From positions 33,418,001-33,482,000 of the forward strand of contig JAQFVV010000002.1 of NCBI GenBank assembly GCA_028023455.1: a DNA stretch of 64,000 nucleotides. Reading direction: 5' to 3'. The position numbers and the translations under genes were made by a program. Position 1 is the first letter of the stretch. Every line of letters starts with the position of its first letter. Source of the stretch: Epiperipatus broadwayi. Its lineage: Eukaryota > Animalia > Onychophora. Under the pieces are notes generated by a model, which made no database searches, had not been told where the DNA came from, and was given only the letters and a program-made list of their open reading frames with translations. Of the stretch, positions 52,181 to 63,642 are shown in pieces.

Positions 52181-52879
52181 AATTTATATGGCTAATATTT
52201 TATTGCAATATGCTATAAATGAAATCATAACAGATATTCAACAAACCTATAAAATTCTTCATCACATTTCATGTGCAATTACTAAGGATTGAAAATTTAG
52301 CTGAATGATATTAATAAAATTTGTATGTTAATAATAAGAGATGCAAATTATAATGTAAAGAGTTGATTAAAGTTTATGCTGCAGGTAAAATAAATTGTTT
52401 CAAGAGAATGGCAGGCAGCAAGAGACTGCTAATGACATGAATGTGTTGTCTCTTGATTAGAATGACCTGACTTCTATTCGCTCATCAAGTACCAAACTTA
52501 ATACACACACATAAATTCAAATGAATATTGTAACCTGCATTTAAAACCATAAAATAAATACTAATTAAAGATGGGCAATTTAAATACACAGATTTTAAAA
52601 ACCCTTCTGGATATTGTATGATACATCTGACCAAATTAAAGTAATAATAATGGCAATATTTAAGTATAATAAAAATAGAATATCGTATAGCTTTATTGCT
52701 CAGGAATCCATTAAACATTTGAGCACTGAAAGTGATAGGACTGGATAGCTATCCTTGAGCCTTACACTACCATCTGCCATTTTATCATTGCACAAAACTA
52801 CAAAACCATATTTAATTACGGTATATACACTGGTCAAATATCCAATATAAAAATAATTATTTGTCTACAATATTGTTAT

Positions 52880-53275
52880 TGATATATACTTAATAGAATA
52901 ATCAATCTAAATAAAATTGAAACAAACAACTAATTATATTTACAATTATTTAGTTATCAACCCGGCTTTCATTCCTTACTGAGACCTTTTCAAGATATAA
53001 AGTTTTATACATCACATGATTTATTAACTACATTTTGTTTTTTATTTTATGTCATTTGTTTATGCATTTATATGTGTAATATTAATTATATTGTTGAAGG
53101 TAAAATAATGTCTAATAGGTGGAGTAAGTGTAGTTAATAAGTCATGTGATGTATAAAACTTTATATCTTGAAAAGATCTCAATAAGGGATGAAAGCTGGG
53201 TTGATAATTAAATAATTGTAAATATAATTAGTTGTTTGTTTCAATTTTATTTAGATTGATTATTCTATTAATTAT
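52880..53275. repeat. Fold-back element with about 165-bp arms containing the TCATGTGAT motif
   Basis: 52880-53040 is the reverse complement of about 53115-53275 with few mismatches. Confidence 0.75.
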
Positions 53276-55244
53276 GGTACTTTCAGAAACTAAATGTAAA
53301 CGTACATTCAGAAAAAGACATCTATTGTGAACTTAGATAACTATCACATGATAGGAAGATGCATACATTTTTGTTTAATAAAATAGTATAATATGTAGAA
53401 AGAAATTATTTCCTGATCTAATATAATTGGATTCTTGCCTTCATTATGCCAAAAATCATTAGAATATCCCACTCATCCAAGAGGGCTTAATTTAATAGGA
53501 AATAAAATCGAGGGCTTCACTTTCTGTGAAAAAAGAGAGGGTGATGTCCAATTTTATTTGAAGAGATAACATTTATCTTTAACAATAAAAAGTTATAACT
53601 AAGGTAAAGAGTCAGAAGTGTTTTTGGTGGGGAACCTTTTCAAAGCGAACGTGTTGATATATCTGCCATTCAACAAGTGAAAATATATATTTATCTTGCT
53701 GTGATTAATGAAAAAGATTTCCTCTTGTGAAATGTTTTCTAAATAAAAGATAATCATAGTAATGAACAGACTGGCAAAAAAAGAATAACACATGAAACTA
53801 TCTGTCTATAATCCAATGGCAGAATGATGTCTTTACAAATGTTAAAAAACTTTACCAAATTCAGAATCCTGGAAAGACATTCAGATTTATGTTAATTTGC
53901 AGATTAAAAATTCTTTAAGAAGAAACAGAGAAAAACATCAACACATACATTGAAGATTTGATTAGAAAAGAATGCATTTGTTTTTCAGATACCTATACAT
54001 TAAAATGCTGAACAATCATTTTAAAAAATAAAAATCTCTTGCATTCTGGCAAAGGGAAAGAGTTAAAAATGATTAATATTGTAAGAGAATTTTAAAATTA
54101 AGCCATAACAAATAAGATTTTTTACCCCCTCAATCATATTCATTAAGTGAAATAAGTTCTTTATGTAAATATTTAAATTAAGCCATTTAACTGTCAATTC
54201 ATTCATGGATTAGGGATTCATCTAAGGATTTACAATAATTTTTTTTTCAACTACATTCGATTCATTAAATGGAATATATATTTTCTATTCGTGTTTACAC
54301 AGACACATATCTATAGACAATGCAAAAATCATATATATATAATTATTATACTCTTGTCTGCCATATAAACCAAATCTTTCCAATCTTTGTCAAGGATAAA
54401 TTTCACTAATAGAAAATGAAATTTTCAGTTTCTATTCTTGTAAAAAGTTATTTGCATAGACTGTAATTTAAACAATAACAAATAATGAAACTTAGATTAA
54501 ATGTTTACAAAGCATAATTAACAATTAATCATTTTAAACTTTGCAAACAAATGTGATTATGTAGCAATTTATAATAAGTCAAACATGCCAATAATTAAAT
54601 TGGTTATTATATGCAATTACCCCACTCATCTTCCAATCACATCTACCATATTTAATCCAATCTCATCAATTGTTAAAAGTTAGATATATGTACAAACAAA
54701 ACGGAAGTTCCGCTTTTAATCCTTGTTTAAGTCATTTACAATCAGAAGTTAATCTTATCATATACTAATCAGCTTAGATTAAATGTTTTCCATATATATA
54801 ATTACATCATTCATGTACAAATCACATCTATTATATTCAGTCTCTCGCCAATCATTGCCAAGTTTGGCTTTGGCATTTCCAACTTATTTATATTGATTAA
54901 TAGTGGTGTAGTTTGCAAGATTTTAAAATAATTTTGATTTCTGCCTTTGTAAATATTTAATCCAAGCTACATGGTATAAAATTATAATAACTTGTAATTT
55001 TACTTCAAACAATTTAAAAGAAAATAAAAAGTTAAAACATGTTCTATCCATAAAACTTTAACCTCGAGGTAACAGCAAAATGTTCTCTGGGTATGGTAGA
55101 TATATTTTGGAGGCAAATGATAAAATTACTTTAGCTATTGGCATTTTCAACTTATTATATATATGTACTTCGGCCTATAACATTTTAATTTTAAAATTAG
55201 ACACACATTCTTAATAAATTAATAAAAACAATATATCATTTTCA

Positions 55245-55790
55245 ATCACTATCAATCCATTGCAGGATGAAGGTCTATACAAGTTCAATCCATCTTCTCC
55301 AATCAGCACGTCCTTATTTCATTCATTCATCTCATATGTGGTTTCTTTCTAGGTCTTCTACAATCACTTGGAATCCACAATTTAAGATTTCAATTATCCA
55401 TCTTTTATCATCTCTTCTAGAAATATGTCCCACCTAATTCCATTTCTATCTCTCGATTCTTTCAATGATGTTAGTAATAGCTCTCGCCCATGTATTTCGT
55501 TTTCGATGTCTTTTTGTTACGCTTAACATAATCTCTCCATACATTCTTGAATGATCTATTCTCTGCAATACTCTTCTGTTAAGTGTCCAAGTATCAGATC
55601 CATAGGAAAGAACTGGTAACACATTTATTTAAAATCCCTTTATTTTCAAACACAGGTATATTTCTTTTGAATATTAAGTTATTTCTATCAAAAGCACTCC
55701 AAGCAAGTTTAATTCTATGATTAATTTCATCCATAAATGTTTCCATCTGATCAAGATATTTATATGTAGTTGTTAACTTCTAACTTATCA
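55245..55790 (-). mobile_element. RTE-clade LINE 3' fragment, same family as 10375-10621
   Basis: The reverse complement shares gaaatgg..ggacatatt.ctagaaga.atgataa.agatgg and agaagatggattgaactt...catcctgca.tggattgata. Confidence 0.8.
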
Positions 55791-56550
55791 TTATTAATCT
55801 TTTTAACATATATGAAAAAAAAAAGAAATTAAAAATATTTATACATATTAAATGTGCACTGGCATATATCTTTGGCCGAGTTTCAGTGATGGGTGGTGGA
55901 ATAGATATATGAAGTTTAAGAATATCTAAAAATGTGTATATGAAGTGAAATTATAAGATATACTATGTATGTCTTACTTAAAATAAGTATGAAGTGTATA
56001 TTTTTTTAAAATGCATCTGTAGCAAGAAGTTGGCTTGAATTCGGGGCTAATGGAAGATGGTGATTAAGATTACGATTAAGATTAAGCTAAAATCAAAGCA
56101 CTGATAAAAACTTCCTATTACAATATGCACTAATTATAATTTTTTGAACTTATTTTTAATGTCAACATTTAGAATCAAGTCAAAAATCTACTTGAATCCG
56201 CTTTATTGATTGATTTAGTGACTATCTCAAAGAATAAGTTAACAGATTGTTTAAATAACTGTGTTTAAGGTAAATAAAGAATTACTAGAAATCAAATAAA
56301 ATGTGCTAAAAGTGATTTTATTTTGTTAAAATAAAAAAGATCCCCCCATCTCCTCACTTTAGCAAAGATGACTTTAAGAATTAAAAACGAAAACAACTAG
56401 AAGCAATCTTTTTTTGTAAATGACTGCTAATATTTTTAGATAAAAGAAACTTTAAATTAAAGATTTTTTTAATAATATAACTAAAAAAAAAAAACACATA
56501 GCACTTAAGCATTTTTTGCAAATAGTAGGATGATAAACTTAATGAATGAT

Positions 56551-56745
56551 CTCTCTGAGGAGTGCCAAAGCACAAAACCATGGTCAGAGGTTGGGGGGGG
56601 GGTCCTGACAGAGATATTTTAAATGCTTTATCTAGCTAAGCATTTATCATAAAGCTTGTTGAGGAATTGGCAATCCTCATTGTTTATAACTTACAAGCTT
56701 AAGAGAATAGGGTCATGTGATCTATGACTCTTATTTTGACTATTT
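56551..56745 (+). mobile_element. HHR-2 family 5'-truncated copy beginning at the hammerhead
   Basis: CTCT-CTGAGGA-GTGC-caaa-GCAC-AAAA-CCATGGTC-AGAG(G), then a poly-G tract and the tail gggtcatgtgatctatgactc. Confidence 0.82.
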
Positions 56746-57150
56746 ATAATCTCTTACATATATCTTTATCATAAACATATGGGACCAAAGACATGTGAAA
56801 AAGATGTACGCTCCCCAAGAAGCATATTTCGTGCTCATCGGTTGACCCAGATCACAATCTCTTACACATTTTTACCATTGTTCAGTACACATATATAGCT
56901 AAAGTTTATTTACATCTGATTGGCTGTCATACAAGCATTCAAAACGCGCATGCAAGAGATTTCAGCCTTTCAATTTAATTTTAAAGTTTATTTGATAAGA
57001 ATCAAACTTATTGTCCTCACAACTTTGATACAAACCACTTAATGGAGGTATATTAATAATTTTTATTAGTCATTCATTAGACTAGAGATTATCCACTTAA
57101 TTAATATTTCTGTATAGTAACTTTCACTACACCATTCTCACTATCCACTT
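56746..57150 (-). mobile_element. HHR-3 family copy with collapsed stem II and an internal insertion
   Basis: Matches 33540-33860 segment by segment; the core reads CCGATGA-GCAC-GAAA. Confidence 0.7.
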
Positions 57151-58206
57151 TCATAAAATTCAAAAATCTCCAAGCAGTTGCAATGTAAACTATAAAATTA
57201 AAATTTCATTTTGTTTACAATTTTTTGTTTATTAATTTATTTTAGATAGCAGATAAGTAAAGTAGCATATAGTAATACAACAGATGCTAATTTCACTAAT
57301 TGAACCATTTCTTTTAAATTCTTACATTATTTAATACACAATCATTTAATATCACAGATTAACATTTTCACAACTAACTTTATATATATATATTTCACCC
57401 TGATTATAATATTTCAACATTTTTTAAATTTTATGTTAAATGTTTCTAAAATTACCTTATTTTAAAAAATTACTTTACAAGTGTTTAACTTTATTAATTT
57501 AATTTGCATAATTAATAAATAACAATTATGTATTTACAAACTGTAAGATATAACATTTTGGATCTAATTTTTTAGTAAAATTCATATTTTTATATATAAG
57601 AATTTTCAGTGAATTCAATATTCATACTCAGTGCCTGCACTAGGCTGGTCATCACATGTCTGCAAAGTTTAAGTTACCCCCCCCCCAACCCCAAACAAAT
57701 TAGCTTAATATTTTTTGTCATAATCATGTGGAATAAAATTTATAAGAAAAACCAGAGTAAAGGCGTTTGCATGGTTTACAAGCCTGTTTTCATTTTTTTG
57801 AATTGTGACTTTTGAAATGTCTCGTTCATTACATGTAGAAAAGCTGTCTCATCAAGCATAAAACCTAATTAAACAAGGCTCATTCAAATTTTTACCACCA
57901 TCCAAAAGAGCCAAACAATTTCTCACCTGTACAAATCAGTTCAATGGAAGACGATTTATAAATGTTTTAGAGCGAATGGACATCCAGAAGGACAAAGTGT
58001 TTACATAGTTCACAAATGGGCAAAAAAATCAAATTACACATTTTTTCTTGACTATTATAGAAATCAAATTAAATTACAGATATTTATTAGAATTTTCTGG
58101 ATTTTATATTTACAAAAATATTAATACCATTTTCAATATTTACTTGTGAACAAATGTCATTTTTGATCAAAATTATTGATGGAAATGTCTTGATTATAAC
58201 ATATTT

Positions 58207-58920
58207 TGAGAGCACTGCACCTAGATCTTAGGATCTAATGCAACCCTCCAGCACCCACCTTTTAACTCTATTTAACTACAAAACTATGAGAATGAAATTG
58301 AAAACACTATTAATATTTTCAATCCAAGCTCAATAGCTTATATAGTCATATGGGTCTGAAACTCAATTCAGTACCCATACATTTTGGTGTCTTTGGCTCT
58401 TTAACAACCATAGCCACCACTATCCTATTAGGCAGGATTGGTGTTAAACCAGATGTTTAGTGGTTTAACACCAATCCTGCCTAATAGGATAGTGGTGGCT
58501 ATGGTTGTTAAAGAGCCAAAGACACCAAAATGTATGGGTACTGAATTGAGTTCAGACCCATATGACTATATAAGCTATTGAGCTTGGATTGAAAATATTA
58601 ATAGTGTTTTCAATTTCATTCTCATAGTTTTGTAGTTAAATAGAGTTAAAAGGTGGGTGCTGGAGGGTTGCATTAGATCCTAAGATCTAGGTGCAGTGCT
58701 CTCAGATCCAAGGCTCCTCACTGATGAAGGCCACAAGCCAGAAACTAGTCTGGGGATATTGGATGAGTAGGCACTAGATAGGGATTTTATGCACAAGCCT
58801 TCTGGCATCCATTGATTGCTCTAGTTAGCACAAGATGGCACTACTATATGGAGAGTGTTGTTTTGTTTTGAATTGTTTAATAACAATTATTGTGCTAGTA
58901 TGAGATAGTGATCATGTGAT
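58207..58920. mobile_element. Youngest-looking HHR-1 locus: full sense monomer with an intact-looking hammerhead (58715-58756) plus a 245-bp inverted 5' arm
   Basis: Arms 58207-58451 and 58461-58704 differ by about one indel. 11-bp TSD atattttgaga (58201-58211, 58919-58929). Confidence 0.88.
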
Positions 58921-59775
58921 ATTTTGAGAATGACCATTCAATAGTTGCTACACTCACTGGCATTCTTAACAATATTCTTAGAATAATTTGCTAAATTTGG
59001 AAATAGCAAATTATTCATTTTAATAAAATTTAAAATATCTCGAGTATTTTCTATTTTCCCCCGATTAAATATATCTTGATATGCTTGTATTTCATTGAGT
59101 AGTTCTACTACATTGATATCCTTTTTTTTTTTTTTGGCCCTCTTTTAAAAGAAGTTCTAATTCTTGCCATTTTTTCTTAAATCCTCAGGACAACATTCAT
59201 ACTGATCTCTAATGAATGGCTTTGGTCAGCACCAAAAGAAGTTTTAGTTTTTTTGATAAAATTATTAAGTGCCTCGGCTATTTTTTAACAAGTGCTTTTT
59301 TTTTTCTTTTGCAGCTTTATGTTTGCGATTTTATGAACTGGATAATGTTTGGACTTTATCACATTCTATATAATTAGAACTAAAAATTAATTTTTATTAA
59401 AATTTATTTTCTTTAATAATCATTTTATTGTGATAACTTCTAAGAAATGACTTTAATGCATTAAAATTCTATCAGTTACAGAAACAGATAGTAGTGCCAG
59501 TGGTTTACTTTTAACTAAAATATTTCAAATTTTTGTTTAGTGTGCTATAAAATAATTTACAAATTAGCTTTTCTCTATTTTAATTAATTGTTCTAAAATG
59601 ACAGCTTTTGTTTATTTTATCCTTCTTATGGAATGCACAGATGTGAGCATACTTGTGTGCGCAGGGTACACAAGTACGCTCATTATATGTCAACCACAAA
59701 CCTGTTGCTACTGTAGCGAAACATATTCAGTTTTCTTATTCACTTAACTTATTGATATTATCTATAGTGATATCT

Positions 59776-60161
59776 AAGATTTGAAATACCAGGCACTCAT
59801 ACCTGGAGCCCAATTGTAAATATAGGGGATTTCAACTCAGACTTTAAAGCCACTTCAACCATCCACACTATCTCATACTACTGATACACATGACCACACA
59901 TATGCAGAAAAGATAAATAATCACCAATATACGTATTTTGTGTAAGGATTTGCTATCTTAATATAAACTCAGCACTGATTGTATATATGTATAAGAGATG
60001 ATAATCTGGACCAACTGATGAAGGCTGGTTCAGCACAAAATACGTCCATTGGTGATTATTTATCTTTTCTGCATGTGTGTGGACATGTGTATCAGTAGTA
60101 TGAGATAGTGTGGATGGTTGAAGTGTCTTAAAAGTCTGAATTCAAATCCCCTATATTTACT
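59776..60161. mobile_element. HHR-3 family inverted pair
   Basis: Arms at about 59813-59942 (-) and 59975-60161 (+). The direct repeat ctatagtgatatct occurs at 59762-59775 and immediately after the right arm. Confidence 0.78.
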
Positions 60162-60319
60162 ATAGTGATATCTCTATCTAAAGCTCAACTGTTGCTGAAT
60201 ATAACTACCTTTTTATGTCTAACTGCTTACCACAGCCGTTGATTTCTACACTTACAGAGATCTATATAAATAAAGCCTGGTCATCAATGAACGTTGATAT
60301 TATTTATATGTATGTTGTG

Positions 60320-60378
60320 ACCAAAATGGCACCTGACACCCCCTTTTCAGTGGTACCCACTTGCTTATGCCGGCCCTG
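60320..60378. mobile_element. Possible isolated hAT terminus
   Basis: Ends in TATGCCGGCCCTG (a CAGGGCCGGC-type TIR); no partner end was found. Confidence 0.35.
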
Positions 60379-62244
60379 CCCATATTTGTCTTGAATTGTT
60401 TTCCATTAAAAATTAATTTTTATTATATTCCTTAATAAAATGGATTCATGCCTCAGTTTATAAAAATATAACTATCAAATGGTTTTTTTTTTTTTTCAGA
60501 AATGGTAGTTTTCAGTTAATGATGATTTGAAGAATGTATTATACTTGGAAAGTAAATCTGTTAATTATAAAAGGATGACAACTTCCACGAATTCTTGATG
60601 AGCTGGAGTTGCGATTTTAAAAAAACATCATAGGCCATTTTTAAGCAATGGAAATTTGTAAACAAAATCAAAAGGATTAGTTCAATGAAAGTTGCTTTCA
60701 CTTTTATTGCACAAATAGCAAACCTCCTAAGCAATTGACCATTTTATTATTTTCCAACAAAGAATACTTCAGCTTCTAACTTAAAACAAGATTTTGAAAA
60801 TATAATTATGACTCAAACATGACTTTATTTGATAATAGAAACCTCTATCTTCAATTCATAGCTATTTATTTCAATCTATTTTAGTCGGTGGATGACAATG
60901 CCTACAGACTACAAGAGCCAGATTCTATCTACTTTTTTCGATTCTTGAAATCTTCAAATAATTCATTTAAATAACATCAGTAAAGTTATTAATGAATGCA
61001 AACAGCAGTTTTCCACTTAATGTCTAGTAACTAAATCAATACAAAGTCAGACGAAGTCATTTACTACTTTCATAATACAATATTTCAAAATTACCCAAAT
61101 CCACAAAACAAACTGGTATTCATAATAGGATTTGTTAAGATTATTTTCATAACATCTATTATATATTTAATTATATAAATCAAAGCATTTAAGTATCCTA
61201 TAAAAAGCTTGTGAAATATTATATAGGAAACTATGGTTTCATGGAACCACATCATCGGCTCTACCAGACCATTATTTATCACTAATCAGAATTAGGTACA
61301 ATTTTTTTATATACAAATCAAATTTTATTTTCCTTATTTATCATCGTCAATCATCTCTAAATGAGTAAGGTCATTGTAACTTAAAAAAAAAGATGTTTTA
61401 CTGTAACGAAATAGATCAATCTGCAAACTAATGATGCATCCATACGTACTATATAGGATACTGCTTTGCTCTGATTATTTGACAACTTACGATACTGCCT
61501 TACTGCAACTGACTTTTCACTCTGGAATACTTTGAATAGTATTTTGCCTACTTTGTAGCTCTCACTTGTTTTGTTCTCCCAACAAAGTCAATCAGTACAG
61601 CTCCTCTGTACGATATCTTTGAGATGATCTTTGTAATAAGGGTATGGGATCTGCTTCTCCTGTGGAAGCCGTGCTCACATTACCCATGGGAAATCCGTTT
61701 AGGAAGTCTGTCATACTATCTATTTTTTGCAACAGATCTGATGATGTAACTGGGTATTCCATGTCACTTCTAGAAGGTCGATTGTTCTTGTGATTTTGCC
61801 AATGTATTTTTGGGATATTAGAGATTTTAAAAGAAATTTTTTAATTTCTGATATATTACATAAATAAGGATCTAGATTTATTTAAAATATAAACATTTGC
61901 GAACAATCTGTTATTTTCAAATATTGCTGCAAACCCTTTCAATTCACTGAATCTTTAACTAAGTTGATAAAAGCAGTGATAAAATTATACTTTGCTCATA
62001 AACTTTTCTTGTATTAGCTTGGTAATAAAAACCATGACTACAATGTTTAATTCCCTAAAATCACATCTGGTCTTAAAGTAACCAGTCATTTATGAGTTAA
62101 AGTAACATATTCAGTAATATGTAAATAGTCTTATAATAATAATATTCCATTAAAATTAATTATTCTCTGCACTTTTATATAAAGTATGTTACATCTTAAA
62201 ATGACATATATATATATATTATCATTAAATGAAGTACTCTGTAT

Positions 62245-62350
62245 GATTTAGTGCAGCAATAGTGTCAGATTCTAGAACCTATGATCCTTGGTAGATCCAT
62301 TCATGGTATCTCCATCTTTCAAACTTCTTATGAACTTCCGAGCAAAGTTA
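62245..62350 (+). mobile_element. Fragment of another putative tRNA-derived SINE
   Basis: Shares TCAAACTTCTTATGAACT with 15688-15705 (+) and about 1177-1195 (-). The head resembles tRNA-like fragments at about 6215-6290 (-) and 33250-33320 (-). Confidence 0.4.
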
Positions 62351-63642
62351 TTGGAATTAAAAAAATAAAAACGTTTTTTAAAACATTTGTTTCATTAATT
62401 TAATCCACTAAACATTATTACTAATATCCTAAACTATTTGTTTCTCTCGTCTCTTCATTTTCTTTTACTTCATTGCTTTCAATCACTTAGGTTAGTATGT
62501 GATGTTATCATATCAGTCATTTCTCTGCATTATGTATGATGATGGGATTGTATGTGTGTACATCTACAGTTCCATTCTTTAATTCAAGGATGGCCAATAT
62601 TTTACAGTAATGCACCAATTTTTTCATGCATGAGTTGACATGTGCTACACAACTTTTGGGCTACTACACTATTTTAGTATAAATTACTGTACGTTATACA
62701 TTAATATTTAGCATACAAAGTCGTAAAGTCGTAGTGACTTTGAAAGTTATAATTGACTATTTATTAGTCTGCTTTCAGAACAGGTTATATTTACCTATTT
62801 AATGAGGTTTATTTAAGACTTCTTTGAAACAATAATTTCACTTTCTGTAGTCAAGTTGAAATCTTTAGTATCTATATAAACGTATTAGACCATAGATAAA
62901 GATGGATTTCCAACTTTATTGATTAAAGGAGGTTGCCTTGACAATAAATTGAGATCGTTATTGATAATGGCATAGTGTTGACTGCTCTCATGTATTTATA
63001 ATGTACTATAGTAAAAATTTAAATGATTACTTTAATGATATATTTCTAAAATTTGATTTACAAATGTCAATCTTTCTGCAATTTTAAATTATTTTGTGTC
63101 TTGTTTTGCTTTTACTAGACTTTTTAATGTTTGGACGACTTATAAAAGAAAACAGCTAAATAGTTTTCAAAGTTAAATCATTCAGATGTGACCGTCATCT
63201 TGTTCTTTTTATTAATTTCAGGGTGAAAATAAGTTTTGAAGAGAGCTTTTTATAAGGATGGATAATTCAAAATGAAAATTAAAAACTATTACTGACTCAC
63301 TCTGGATTAATTAAAAGTTTTTGGGTTTGATTTACAGATTTGAATTTTTGTTATAAAAAATTTTTTCCAGAGTAGTAATAAAAAATGTTTTTTGATTATA
63401 TTATTTTGAAAAGATATATGCTAACATTTTATTTAAATAATCAGGATGTTAATGCATCAAACTTAGTCCTGCATAGCATCATATTTGGCACTTCCTCTAC
63501 TGATTAAACAATCCTGTTTTAAATACAACCTCAGCAATTCTGACTACAGCATTTTTTTTGTTGTTTTTCTTTTATTCATATTCACTTTTTTCTTTCCTAA
63601 AGTTAGAAGGGTTGTACTCATTGCAAGTAGGAAATTTTATAT

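Noticed and set aside
53150-53205. Hammerhead in the 52880 fold-back (CTTGAAAA..GAAAGCTG)
   Set aside because: The core deviates from CUGANGA and the cleavage position would be G; not counted as an HHR.
57930-58030. CELCKH cysteine motif as a zinc-finger exon
   Set aside because: The frame is closed by nearby stops and there is no coherent splice context.
62575-62620. Minus-strand IGHP as carrier exon 2
   Set aside because: In-frame stops on both sides and no DT.K or splice sites.
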